DNA of 64,000 nucleotides from an uncultured delta proteobacterium (GCA_963808235.1 CAWEEQ010000004.1:960001-1024000), one strand, 5' to 3'; positions 41,142 through 50,878 are shown, numbered from the stretch's first letter. Notes: generated by a model from the letters alone, not told the origin. Numbers and translations: made by a program.

Positions 41142-41439
41142 CCTCGAACAGAAGCGTCGCGAAGAAGCGCGCTGGCGCGTTTTGCGCGTCATCGATGCGG
41201 GGCGGCCGATCGCGGTCTCGGAGCAGATAATCTGGCGTGTGCTGGTGGATATCAAGCTCTCGCTCTCGATCAACGGCATCCGCCGCGAGCTCGCCTATCT
41301 GCGCGACTTGGGCCTGGTCGAACTCGAAGGCGAAGACGGGGAGACCTGGTTCGCCAAACTGACCGCCAGCGGGGTTGACGTGGTCGAGTACAACTTCCCC
41401 GCCCCGGCGGGGGTGGCGCGCCCGCGGAAATACTGGTGA
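41125..41439 (+). CDS. Mu-like gp26 winged-helix protein
   Basis: RWRVL..., IRRELAYL.DLGLV, AKLTASGVDVVEY...GVARP. Confidence 0.8.
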   Translation: MPEGIDLEQKRREEARWRVLRVIDAGRPIAVSEQIIWRVLVDIKLSLSINGIRRELAYLRDLGLVELEGEDGETWFAKLTASGVDVVEYNFPAPAGVARPRKYW

Positions 41440-42062
41440 GGAGTCGCAGGTCCGAGAAAAAAGATCTTGCGCCGGGAGGCAACGGCGAAAAGCTGACGCG
41501 GATTGAGACGCCGGGAAAGATTCGGAGGCTCCCTGAACATATCAAGATCGAGCTGGACCGCCGTCTATCGGCCGGAACTTTTCGCAGTTGGCGGATCTTG
41601 TCGGAATGGCTCGCCGAGAAGGGATACGAGATTTCGCACGCGGCGTTGCACAAGTACGGGAAGAAATTCGATCGGCGGCTGGAATCGATTCGGCTGGCGA
41701 CCGAGCAGGCGCGAATCGTCTGCGAACAGTTCAAGGACGATGACGTGCAGATGCAAAGCGCATTGTTGCGCCTGGTGCAAACGCGGCTGTTCGAGGTGCT
41801 TGCCGCGGTCAACGAAAAGCCAAAGAGAGTGCGTGGCAAGAAGGGCGGCGTCGAGAGCATCGAGAAGGTCGCACCGGTGAATCTCACCGCGCTCGCGCGC
41901 AGCGTGTCGGGACTGGTGAAGGCGGAGACGGAAAATCGGAAGTGGGCGGAGCACGCGCGCGGGGCAGTCGACGAGGCAAAAAAGAAACTCGAAGATGCGC
42001 GCGGCAAGGGGCTGAGCCCCAACACAGCGGATCAAATCAGGGCCGTGTTGATGGAGATTTAG
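41436..42062 (+). CDS. Mu-like gp27 / DUF3486 (terminase small subunit)
   Basis: KIRRLP...ELDRRL, L.EKGYEISHAALHKYG, C-terminal GLS..TADQIR..LMEI. Confidence 0.85.
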   Translation: MRSRRSEKKDLAPGGNGEKLTRIETPGKIRRLPEHIKIELDRRLSAGTFRSWRILSEWLAEKGYEISHAALHKYGKKFDRRLESIRLATEQARIVCEQFKDDDVQMQSALLRLVQTRLFEVLAAVNEKPKRVRGKKGGVESIEKVAPVNLTALARSVSGLVKAETENRKWAEHARGAVDEAKKKLEDARGKGLSPNTADQIRAVLMEI

Positions 42063-42870
42063 TGGTGAGCAGTTTCTTCAGCCGGCACTTCTTTCCTTGT
42101 GTCATTCTGAGCGCAGCGAAGAAACCCGGTGTCCAGGAGAGCGTCGGCATCGAGCTGAATGTGCGCGCCCTTCGGAGCAGCTCGGCTCCGCGTGCCCTAA
42201 GCGAAGTCGAAGTGTATTGCACCGAGAAAGATCCGGGGTTCTTCGCTGCGCTCAGAATGACACAAAAAAAGAGCGCTCCGGGGGTGGGGCTCAGCACGGA
42301 CGTGGCAAATCCGATCAGAGCGGTGTTGATGGAGGTTTAGATTGAATACTCAGTTCATTCAACTTCGCGCTTCTTCTCCTTGTGTCATTCTGAGCGCAGC
42401 GAAGAAACCCGCTGTCCAGGAGAGCGTCGGCATCGAGCTGAATGTGCGCGCCCTTCGGAGCAGCTCGGCTCCGCGTGCCCTAAGCGAAGTCGAAGTGTAT
42501 TGCACCGAGAAAGATCCGGGGTTCTTCGCTGCGCTCAGAATGACACAAAAAAAGAGCGCTCCGGGGGTGGGGCTCAGCACGGACGTGGCAAATCCGATCA
42601 GAGCGGTGTTGATGGAGGTTTAGATTGAATACTCAGTTCATTCAACTTCGCGCTTCTTCTCCTTGTGTCATTCTGAGCGCAGCGAAGAAACCCGGTGTCC
42701 AGGAGAGCGCCGGCATCGAGCTGAATGTACGCGCCCTTCGGAGCAGCTCGGCTCCGCGTGCCCTAAGCGAAGTCGAAGTGTATTGCACCGAGAAAGATCC
42801 GGGGTTCTTCGCTGCGCTCAGAATGAAACAAAAAAAAGGGTGCATCTCGAGCACAGAGGGCGCCAATTGA
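42060..42870. repeat. three tandem 283-bp units, each with an about 165-bp inverted-repeat element
   Basis: TTGTGTCATTCTGAGCGCAGCGAAG recurs with period 283 (matching ORFs start at 42097, 42380, 42663); each copy closes with TTCTTCGCTGCGCTCAGAATGA. Confidence 0.95.
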
Positions 42871-43010
42871 GGAACCTGCGTTCATTTGCGGAGTTGCTGT
42901 TGGCGCGCAACCGGATGCGCGTCGCTTCCACGTCAAGCCGAGCGCACAGCTCGGCGGCCTCGCCGCAAGGCCTGCGGCATCAAACTCGGACCGAAGAGGT
43001 GAAAAAACTC

Positions 43011-43295
43011 ATGAGCGCAATTTCAGACCTTCAGGCAGCGGAGACGGCGATCGCATCGGCAGTCGCGGGCGCGGTCGCCGCGATGAACTCGGCGGCGACG
43101 TTGATCGCGAATCTGCAGAGCGGCGCGGTCAATGCCGACGACGCGCAAGTCGAAGCGGTGGTCTCTCAGTTAAACACGCAGGCGGCGAGTCTGAGCGGTG
43201 CGGCGACCTCGCTGACCGTCGAAGTCACACCAGCGCCAGTTGCTGTTGCTCCCGCGAGCGCGCCAACCACCGGCAGCTCGACGGCGAGTTCCTAG
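43011..43295 (+). CDS. small Ala-rich coiled-coil protein
   Basis: RBS GAGGTG; MSAISDLQAAETAIASAV... Confidence 0.65.
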   Translation: MSAISDLQAAETAIASAVAGAVAAMNSAATLIANLQSGAVNADDAQVEAVVSQLNTQAASLSGAATSLTVEVTPAPVAVAPASAPTTGSSTASS

Positions 43296-43324
43296 AGCGG
43301 TGAGCACGCCGGTATCGATTGAAG

Positions 43325-44860
43325 ATGAGTGAACCACTTTCAATACTCCTGCCCTATCAGCGGCGATGGATCGCCGACCAGGCGCAGGTCAAGGTCAGCG
43401 AAAAATCGCGGCGCATCGGGATCACCTGGACCGAAGCTGCCGATCGCGCGCTCGGGGCGGCGACTAACGGGCGGGCCGGAATCGATGGATGGTATATCGG
43501 CTACAACAAGGACATGGCGCTCGAATTCGTGGAAGCGGCGGCGAGTTGGGCGCGGCGCTTCAACCGGGCGGCGAATACGATCGAGGAAATCGCGCTGGAA
43601 GACGAACGCGCGAATATTCTCGCCTACCGGATTCGCTTCGCGTCGGGGCACAAGATAGTCGCGCTGTCGTCGCGGCCGTCGAATCTGCGCGGCAAAGACG
43701 GATGCGCCGTTATCGACGAGGCGGCCTTTCATGAAGACCTGCCCGGGCTTCTGAAAGCGGCGCTCGCGTTCACGATGTGGGGCGGCCTGGTGCGGATCAT
43801 CTCGACCCATAACGGCGCCGACAATCCATTCAACGAACTGATCAGCGAGATTCGCGCCGGCCGGCGCCCGTATTCATTGCATCGCACGACCCTCGATGAC
43901 GCGATCGGCGACGGCCTCTACCGGAAAATCTGCGAACAGGGCGGACTGGAATGGAACGAGGCGGGGCAGCGCGATTGGCGTCAGCAGATCGTGGATTTCT
44001 ACGGCGACAACGTCGGCGAGGAATTGTTCTGCATCCCGCGCGCGTCGTCGGGCGCGTACCTGAGTTCGGTATTGATCGAAGCGCGGATGCGCGCGGGCAT
44101 ACCGATCGTCCGATGGCAACTGCCGCAGGAGTTTTCCGGCCGCGCGGAGAATGTGCGCCATTCGGAAACCCGCGACTGGTGCGAGGACAACCTGGCGCCG
44201 GTGCTGGACGCGCTCGAGCCGAAGCTGGCGACTTTTTTCGGCGAGGACTTCGGCCGCTCAGGCGATCTGACCGTCATCTGGCTGCTGCAAATCGCCGCGG
44301 ACCTGGTGCGCCGCACGCCGCTGGTGGTCGAGCTGCGCAACGTCCCGTTTCGCAACCAGGAGCAGATCCTCTTCTATATAGTGGACCGGCTCCCGCGCTT
44401 CGCTGCGGGCGCGATGGACGCGCGCGGCAACGGGCAATATCTGGCCGAGACCGCAGCGCAGCGCTACGGATCGAAAATCGTGCAGGTCATGCTCTCCGAG
44501 TCTTGGTACCGGGAAAACATGCCGCGCTACAAAGCGGCGTTCGAAGACGGGACGATCGAAATTCCCAAGGACGCGGACATCCTGTCGGACCATCGCGCCT
44601 TCGTGCTGGAGCGCGGAGTTGCGAAGATTTCCGAGCGGCGGTCGGGAATCGACGGCAAGGGACGGCATGGTGACGCGGCGATGGCGGCGGCGCTCGCATA
44701 CTTCGCGTCGCGGGTCGACGGCGGCAAGTTCGGATACATCGCGGCGCCGTCGTCGCGATCGCGGCGCGGCCTCGCGGAGTTGGGTAGTGGTGGAAATCCT
44801 TTCGGTGCGCCGCCGGAAGAAGACGCGGCGACGTCGGTGCATCACGCGAGAGGATTCTGA
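43325..44860 (+). CDS. terminase large subunit (Mu gp28-like)
   Basis: LLPYQRRW, EKSRRIGITW, NLRG, Walker B VIDEAAF, ISTHNG, GEDFGRSGD, HGDAAMA. Confidence 0.93.
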   Translation: MSEPLSILLPYQRRWIADQAQVKVSEKSRRIGITWTEAADRALGAATNGRAGIDGWYIGYNKDMALEFVEAAASWARRFNRAANTIEEIALEDERANILAYRIRFASGHKIVALSSRPSNLRGKDGCAVIDEAAFHEDLPGLLKAALAFTMWGGLVRIISTHNGADNPFNELISEIRAGRRPYSLHRTTLDDAIGDGLYRKICEQGGLEWNEAGQRDWRQQIVDFYGDNVGEELFCIPRASSGAYLSSVLIEARMRAGIPIVRWQLPQEFSGRAENVRHSETRDWCEDNLAPVLDALEPKLATFFGEDFGRSGDLTVIWLLQIAADLVRRTPLVVELRNVPFRNQEQILFYIVDRLPRFAAGAMDARGNGQYLAETAAQRYGSKIVQVMLSESWYRENMPRYKAAFEDGTIEIPKDADILSDHRAFVLERGVAKISERRSGIDGKGRHGDAAMAAALAYFASRVDGGKFGYIAAPSSRSRRGLAELGSGGNPFGAPPEEDAATSVHHARGF

Positions 44861-44874
44861 CCGGGTTCATCAAT

Positions 44875-45030
44875 ATGCAGATGAATAGCTACTGGAAGTG
44901 GAAATGCGAAGGGTGCGGGTTTGAGTTTCTTCTGACGCTGGTGCGCATTCCCGAACCGTGCCATCGATGCGGCGGCGAATGGTTTCTGAAAATCGGCGAA
45001 GCAGCGAGCAAGGAACATCGCTCAGACTAG
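44875..45030 (+). CDS. 51-aa zinc-ribbon protein (below ORF-track cutoff)
   Basis: Manual translation: MQMNSYWKWKCEGCGFEFLLTLVRIPEPCHRCGGEWFLKIGEAASKEHRSD*. Confidence 0.6.
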   Translation: MQMNSYWKWKCEGCGFEFLLTLVRIPEPCHRCGGEWFLKIGEAASKEHRSD

Positions 45031-45044
45031 ATAATGGAGTGACT

Positions 45045-46430
45045 ATGACCCTCTATGATGCCTACGGGCGCGAAGTAGATACCGGGATGCTAAGCCAGGA
45101 GCAGGCGGCACCGACCATGGCCGGAGTGCGGAATATATATTCGGTGATGCATCCGTCGGCCGGCCTTACGCCTCATCGCCTGTCCCAGATCCTGCAAGCG
45201 GCGGAAATCGGCGACCCGTACCTTTACCTGGAGCTCGCCGAGGAGATGGAGGAGAAGGATCTGCATTACCTGGCGGTGCTCGGCACGCGGAAGAACGCGG
45301 TCTCGCAACTCGACTTGGTGGTGCGTGCGGCCTCGGCTGGGGCCGAGGATCAACGAGCCGCCGCGTTGGTGCGCGAGATGATCGTCAACGGCCCGACGCA
45401 ACTCGACGCGGTGCTGTTCGATATTCTGGATGCAGTCGGAAAGGGCTTCTCTGCGACCGAGATCATGTGGGACAGGTCGGGGCGAGAGTGGTTACCGGTG
45501 GAGCTCAAATGGCGCGATCCACGCTGGTTCGCGTTCGACTGGATTTCCGGGGAGCAGGTGCTGGTGCGGACGCTCAAGGGCGAGATGGAAGCGGCGCCGG
45601 CGCGCGTCGAGAGGGGTCCGCGGCATTTCGGGGCCGACGCTGGACTCGTTCCAAGCTGGACGAAAGCGGGGATCGGCTTGCAACCGATGACTGCGCCGCT
45701 GGCTCCGTTCAAGTTCATCGTGCATTTCGCCAAGGCGAAAACCGGCCTGCCGATCAGAGGCGGCCTTGCGCGGGCGGCAGGCTGGTCATACCTATTCAAG
45801 AACTATGTACTAAAGGACTGGGTAACCTTCACCGAAGTATTCGGACAGCCTTTGAGAGTAGGCAAATACCATCCGGGCGCGTCGGAGCAGGACAAGCAAG
45901 CACTATTGCAGGCAGTATCGAATATAGGTACCGATGCGGCGGCGATAATCCCGGAATCGATGCTGATCGAGTTCACCGAGGCGCATCAGACGGCGAGCGC
46001 CGAACTATATCAGCGCTTTTGTGAGTATCTTGATGCGCAAGTGAGTAAGGCGGTACTGGGGCAGACACTGACTACCGAGATGCCGCGCTCGGGCGGATCG
46101 CGGGCGGCGGCGCAAGTTCACGAATCGGTGCGACGCGACATCCTGAATGCGGATGCAAGGCGACTTGCGGCGACGCTCCGGCGTGACCTGATTAGGCCGG
46201 TGGTCGATTTGAACATGGGGCCGCAAGCGCATTACCCGACGATCGAGCTGGGACTGCCCGACGACAGCGACGTGAAAGTATTTGCGGAGATCGTCGCGAT
46301 GCTCGCGGATCGTGGACTGCGGGTGAGTCAGAAGACGGTGCTGGACAGACTTGGGATCGCGCAAGCGGAGGGGAGTGAGGCAGTGCTCGCGCCGGTGGCG
46401 AGTGGGCGGAGTGGGGAACCTAACCCCTAA
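45045..46430 (+). CDS. portal protein (Mu gp29 / DUF935)
   Basis: GLTP.RL..IL, EEMEEKDLHY, DAVGKGFS..EI.W, FKNYVLKDW..F.EVFGQP.RVGKY, SKAVLGQTLT. Confidence 0.93.
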   Translation: MTLYDAYGREVDTGMLSQEQAAPTMAGVRNIYSVMHPSAGLTPHRLSQILQAAEIGDPYLYLELAEEMEEKDLHYLAVLGTRKNAVSQLDLVVRAASAGAEDQRAAALVREMIVNGPTQLDAVLFDILDAVGKGFSATEIMWDRSGREWLPVELKWRDPRWFAFDWISGEQVLVRTLKGEMEAAPARVERGPRHFGADAGLVPSWTKAGIGLQPMTAPLAPFKFIVHFAKAKTGLPIRGGLARAAGWSYLFKNYVLKDWVTFTEVFGQPLRVGKYHPGASEQDKQALLQAVSNIGTDAAAIIPESMLIEFTEAHQTASAELYQRFCEYLDAQVSKAVLGQTLTTEMPRSGGSRAAAQVHESVRRDILNADARRLAATLRRDLIRPVVDLNMGPQAHYPTIELGLPDDSDVKVFAEIVAMLADRGLRVSQKTVLDRLGIAQAEGSEAVLAPVASGRSGEPNP

Positions 46431-46457
46431 CCCCTTCCCTCGAGGGAAGGGGAACAA
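46417..46457. repeat. inverted copy of the GGGGTTAGGGGTTAGG hairpin repeat
   Basis: AACCTAACCCCTAACCCCTTCCCTCGAGGGAAGGGGAACAA; supplies the portal stop codon. Confidence 0.85.
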
Positions 46458-46486
46458 TCGTATTGGGGGGGCGGAGGATGGATGTG

Positions 46487-47293
46487 CTATTTGTTTTGGC
46501 GGAGGCGGGCTTTTATTTTTTGGCGGAGGGCGCGGCGGCTGTGTTTCATTTCCAGGAAGATGTCGTCGTAAATGAATTTTCGGATCGCATGGCCGAACGT
46601 CGGGAGGCGGAGCGGATCGCTCTTGACGGGGCGGCGATAGCGATAGAGCTGAATGCCGTTCCACCATGTGGGAGAATGGTTTCCGGGGGTGCGGAGATCG
46701 AGGACGAGCTCGAAGCCGGGGACGGCGCGCGCGATCAGATTGTTGGCGGAGCGGGCGGCGCGTTTGTTGGTATCGTCGATGATGACGACGCTGTCGTCGG
46801 CGAGATGGGGAAGGCTGAGGGCGACGCCGTCGTACTGATCGCGAAAACTGTGGCCGCCGTCGTAGAAGTAAGCGCCGATGCGGCGCGGGCGCCATGGGGC
46901 GTCGGCAAAAAAATCTCGGAAGTCGAGATCGTCGAAAACGACCTGGCCGGGCGCGGTGCGAGCGTCGAGGGTGTCGCGAAGCTCGGCGGCCGCGCCGTCG
47001 AACTGCACGAAATTGTCGCAGGCAAAAATGCGCGCGTCGGGATTGCCGGTGGCGGCGCCGACGAGGCTGGCGCCTTTGTAGCATCCCACTTCAACATAGA
47101 CTTCGTTCTCGGCGAGCGATGCGACCGCGGCGTTTAAGAGCGCGAGCTTGTTCTCGGTAGCCATCCCGTGAATTTCGCGGAGGATGTTCGCGAGCGAGCG
47201 ATCAGCGGGCTTGAGCGAGCGAGCGAGGCGACTGCGGTCGTCGAACTCGGGCCACAGGAGGCGGCATCGCGCGACGAAGGCGTCAAAGTACAT
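46487..47293 (-). CDS. class I SAM-dependent methyltransferase (Methyltransf_24-like)
   Basis: YVEVGCYKGAS, FYDGGHS, IIDDTN, WWNG. Confidence 0.85.
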   Translation of the reverse strand: MYFDAFVARCRLLWPEFDDRSRLARSLKPADRSLANILREIHGMATENKLALLNAAVASLAENEVYVEVGCYKGASLVGAATGNPDARIFACDNFVQFDGAAAELRDTLDARTAPGQVVFDDLDFRDFFADAPWRPRRIGAYFYDGGHSFRDQYDGVALSLPHLADDSVVIIDDTNKRAARSANNLIARAVPGFELVLDLRTPGNHSPTWWNGIQLYRYRRPVKSDPLRLPTFGHAIRKFIYDDIFLEMKHSRRALRQKIKARLRQNK

Positions 47294-47335
47294 ATGAAGT
47301 GACTATTAACAACCGGAGATAGTGAGTAATCGCGG

Positions 47336-47372
47336 AACCTAACCCCTAACCCCTTCCCCTAGTGGAAGGGGG
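47336..47372. repeat. second inverted copy of the hairpin repeat
   Basis: AACCTAACCCCTAACCCCTTCCCCTAGTGGAAGGGGG. Confidence 0.85.
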
Positions 47373-47384
47373 ACCGGACTTAAG

Positions 47385-47879
47385 TCACCAGTACATTGCG
47401 GGGCCCATCGGGCCGACGAGGCCCATTCCGTAGGGATTGAAGGCGTCTTCCTGCATATCCATTTCTTCCATCTGGCGCGCTTCGAGGTTCTCGCGGGAAA
47501 TCTCGCCTTCCTGTTCCTGGAACTGCTGGTTGAGCTTCTCCTTTTCGTACTGTTGATAGGCTTGCTCGCTGCCCAAGTACATACATTTACAATAGTAAGG
47601 ATCCGCCATCCAATAATGTAGTTTGCCTTTCTTGCCGATGTAGTACTGGACCTGAAGGGGAAGCAGGGTGCCGAGTTTTTCCTGGCGTTCGGGAGTGTCG
47701 GCGGGGAGCATCGTGAAGCCGGCCGCGGAGAGCATCGGTTCGAGTTGCGCGGCCTGCTGCTCGGGGGTCGGAGGGGGCGGATTGAGATCGTTCTTAATCG
47801 AGCCGCATCCGCCGAGTGCGAGCGAAAACGCGGCGGCGGAGAGCATCGTAACTATTGGGATGAAGCGGCGTAGGTGCAT
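47385..47879 (-). CDS. hypothetical lipoprotein
   Basis: LGGC lipobox; LSAAGF, YWMADP..CKCMY.G. Confidence 0.75.
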   Translation of the reverse strand: MHLRRFIPIVTMLSAAAFSLALGGCGSIKNDLNPPPPTPEQQAAQLEPMLSAAGFTMLPADTPERQEKLGTLLPLQVQYYIGKKGKLHYWMADPYYCKCMYLGSEQAYQQYEKEKLNQQFQEQEGEISRENLEARQMEEMDMQEDAFNPYGMGLVGPMGPAMYW

Positions 47880-48036
47880 TGGTTCCTTGAGTGCAGTGAT
47901 CGACGAAAAGTCGCCATCGTGGAGGTGGTGGCTATTGTGAATGGCACGGGCTTGATAGGCAAGGGAAAAGGAAGAGGCGGCCAGCGCTGGCCGCCTCGAC
48001 GCGGAAGGATTGGCGCGAAAGATTTTGCGCGCGCGA

Positions 48037-48699
48037 TCAGGGGACGGAGCTGCCCGGGTTGCCGCTCGCGTCGAAGAGAGTCAGAGCGCCGGCGCCGTCA
48101 GCATTGAGGGTCAGCGCGGCGCGGGTTTTGCCGTCGGCGCTGAGCAACGCGAGCCCGGGCAATCCTTCGGGGGTGACGTCGAGGCCGACGCGGCCGCGAT
48201 TCTGATCGGCGAGACGAATTGTCGGCGAACCGTCGGGGGCGACGATGAAGGTGGCGCGCGGATTGCCGTCCTTGTCCATCATGGCGAGGCCGGACTGTCC
48301 GTCGGGCGCGACGCCCATCGAGGCTCTGCTCCTGCCGTCAGGAGAGAAGAGGACGATGCGCGAGACGCTGCCGTTGAGTCCGACTTCGACGCGGGCTTTG
48401 CCGTTCGCGCCGAAGATGCCGAGTGCGGGTGCTCCATTGGAGGCGACGCCGAGTCCGGCGCGCAGCGTGCCGGCGCCGTCGAAGACTGCGACTTGCGCGA
48501 CACCTCTGCTGGTGACGTTAAACTCGCCGCGAGTTTTTCCGCGCGCGTCGACGAGCATGAACTTTTGCGCGGTAATCATTCTGGGAGCAGACGCGGCACC
48601 GACAGCCGAGGCGGCAAACATATGGCCCGACACGGCGCCGCCGACGAATGCGGCTGCGACAGTCAAGGTGATGAATCCGACGCGCTCTTTGATGGTCAT
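48037..48699 (-). CDS. secreted beta-repeat hypothetical protein
   Basis: Signal peptide; repeated DxxGxxRAxLxVxxxGxxxL units. Confidence 0.75.
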   Translation of the reverse strand: MTIKERVGFITLTVAAAFVGGAVSGHMFAASAVGAASAPRMITAQKFMLVDARGKTRGEFNVTSRGVAQVAVFDGAGTLRAGLGVASNGAPALGIFGANGKARVEVGLNGSVSRIVLFSPDGRSRASMGVAPDGQSGLAMMDKDGNPRATFIVAPDGSPTIRLADQNRGRVGLDVTPEGLPGLALLSADGKTRAALTLNADGAGALTLFDASGNPGSSVP

Positions 48700-48769
48700 G
48701 GTCGCGGCTCCTTTTCCGGTACCGGCGGTTATGAATTTCGGGCAGAGATTAGCAGGGTTTGAGGGGCGC

Positions 48770-49153
48770 TTACAAAGCGGCGTCGGGCGAGCCGCTACGG
48801 TGCAGGGGCCGGCCGCTCCCGCAGTCTCTTATCGAAGGCTCCGTCGCCCAGGTATCAGTGGCCGGGTTGTAAGCCTCAACCGTGGCCAGAGGAGAACCAT
48901 CGGCGCCGCGGCCGCCGATCGCGTAGAGCAATCCATTGAACGCTACGACCGCGAGGTCGGCGCGCGCCGTGGGCATCGCCGCCTTTGTCGCCCAAGTGTT
49001 GGATCCGGGGTCGTAAGCTTCGAGAGTGGCGAGCGCGGGGAAGGCGCTGGCTGGATTCAGTTGGACGATCAGGAGCAACGCTGCGCTCAGGCGCACTCGG
49101 ACAATGAAGGGTGCCGTGATTGCGCCTTGGAATTGCCGGCGAATCTTGTCCAT
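48770..49153 (-). pseudogene. Kelch-repeat fragment
   Basis: EAYDPGSNTWATKAAMPTAR...LYAIGG...VEAYNPATDTW; only about 1.5 blades. Confidence 0.55.
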
Positions 49154-49376
49154 GAGAATCCCCCGCTGTGCGGCGCCGAAGCTGCGTGGTCACTATAACG
49201 CGCGTGAGGCATAATTGGTCAAATTGTTATCTTCGCGTTGCGAGGAAGGGAAGAGTGCGAAGGTCAGCGATGACGCTCGAGGGCATGATTCGCAACCGGC
49301 GCGCATCGATGCAGCGGGGAAGAATATTGCTGCGTTGGGGGTTTGGAGCTATTGTTGGTCTGTAGGAGGAAAGAAG

Positions 49377-49553
49377 ATGGATGCGAAGTTCGACGAAGAA
49401 CTTGTTCAATTGATGAACGACCCGTTTTATCGGGATCAATACGACAAGCAGCAGCGCGAAGCGATTGTCAGCCGTGTACCTATCATTCTGAAAGATCGCG
49501 ATGGCAATATTATAAAGACGCTGAAGATCGTACCCGCGTATGCATCGCGCTAG
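49377..49553 (+). CDS. small hypothetical protein
   Basis: Strong RBS AGGAGG before MDAKFDEELVQLMNDP... Confidence 0.5.
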   Translation: MDAKFDEELVQLMNDPFYRDQYDKQQREAIVSRVPIILKDRDGNIIKTLKIVPAYASR

Positions 49554-49630
49554 GCGGGCGTCCGCTTTCTGACCGGGAACTTCACTACCGCACATAAAGC
49601 TTCGAGAGAAATCACGACTCGCCCGGACAG

Positions 49631-50455
49631 ATGACGATCGCGTTCCAGGCATTTGTCGTCGTTCTATTTATTCTTCCGGGCGCGCTGTTTTTTTCAGCGC
49701 TGACTGGACGCCTCTCGGCCGAGCGCGAATTGCCGCTGATCTCGGCTTCGATCACGTGGGCAGCGGTCGTTTCATTAATCGTCGCGGTGATCTTTCACCT
49801 GGTATGGCAGGGAGCAATCGTCACGCTCGCGAAGGTTGCTTCGCTCAACGTCGAGTCGGGCGTCGCTGTCGTTTTCACTCTCCTGTCGTTCAGCGAGCAG
49901 AGCAAAGAGTACGCTGCAGCGCTTCGTATTTTTCGCGACAACCTTGGATACATGACGGTCTATTTTTTGTCTATTTGCCTGACCGCTCTTGCGAGCGGAC
50001 GGTTACTTAACTACCTGGTCGGCCTGTACAGACTCGAAAGAACTTACCGGTGGCTGAGATTTCGCCCGCGCTGGCATTACCTGTTGGCTGGCGACGACTA
50101 CGAAGGTGCGGGAGATGGAAATGTGACAGTGGTTGTCGACTTGCTTACCGAGATTGATGGCAAACCCCTGCTATACAGCGGCTTCGTGACCAAGTATTGG
50201 TTCGACCAGGCGACCGACGCGCTCGACATCATTCTTATCGCGGGAGCGAAGCGACAATGGATGAAGTCTCTTAGTATGGAAGATGCTGAGCGGCTGTGGA
50301 TGAAGCTATATGTGAAGAGTTCTGAGCCTGCCGAGCCTGCAACTGATAAGGAATCTGGCCAGGAATCAGTGACGTCTCTGCCGAGTCATACCTTCGCGGT
50401 AAAATTCAGCGAAGTAAAGAACATCAACATCAAGTACATCGTTACCGAACGCTGA
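49631..50455 (+). CDS. membrane protein (DUF6338-like)
   Basis: N-terminal LFILPG plus TMs, W.Y, LYSG in soluble C-terminal domain; less GC-biased codons. Confidence 0.6.
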   Translation: MTIAFQAFVVVLFILPGALFFSALTGRLSAERELPLISASITWAAVVSLIVAVIFHLVWQGAIVTLAKVASLNVESGVAVVFTLLSFSEQSKEYAAALRIFRDNLGYMTVYFLSICLTALASGRLLNYLVGLYRLERTYRWLRFRPRWHYLLAGDDYEGAGDGNVTVVVDLLTEIDGKPLLYSGFVTKYWFDQATDALDIILIAGAKRQWMKSLSMEDAERLWMKLYVKSSEPAEPATDKESGQESVTSLPSHTFAVKFSEVKNINIKYIVTER

Positions 50456-50475
50456 GGGTGGGGAGCTCTCGACTC

Positions 50476-50646
50476 CTACAAGACTACGCCGACGGCGCTC
50501 AGGAACGCGGTGATCGTCGAACCCATCGTCTGGTAGCTCACGATCAGCACGACCGCTACGGTCGCCATGATCAGCGCGTATTCCGCCATTGTCTGGCCGG
50601 GGCGATACTCGCGGACCTTCACGAGCATTGCTGTGAATTTGTGCAT
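50476..50646 (-). CDS. Flp/Fap type IVb pilin
   Basis: G/QTMAEYALIMATVAVVLI prepilin cleavage and Flp motif, 56 aa. Confidence 0.85.
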   Translation of the reverse strand: MHKFTAMLVKVREYRPGQTMAEYALIMATVAVVLIVSYQTMGSTITAFLSAVGVVL

Positions 50647-50761
50647 TGCTAAACCTGCGGTGCGATTTATTGATCGTGGACATACCAACATGGCATCAGT
50701 GCGGCAAACTTTACAACCCGGCAAATGCGGGTCGATCGGCAGTCCTCGCGCAACGTCGGAG

Positions 50762-50878
50762 TGACGCAAATTGGGCGCGGCGACTCGGAACCGGAACCGG
50801 CTTCGCTCGCGCGAAGCTGTCCGGAGGCCAGAAGCCAGTTCCGCTGCGCGAGCGTCGCGAGCTTCGGTCAGGATGACA
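50762..50878. repeat. about 115-bp direct repeat (copy 1)
   Basis: TTGGGCGCGGCGA...GAAGCTGTCCGGAGGCCAGAAGCCAGTTCC...GGTCAGGATGACA repeated at 52429-52546. Confidence 0.88.

Noticed and set aside
42060-42870. CRISPR array or small tandem genes
   Set aside because: The whole 283-bp unit is near-identical, with no unique spacers and no cas genes; the ORFs are translations of repeat DNA.
46487-47293. DNA methyltransferase or Mom-like modification gene
   Set aside because: Lacks DPPY/NPPY or PC motifs; resembles small-molecule or glycan methyltransferases.
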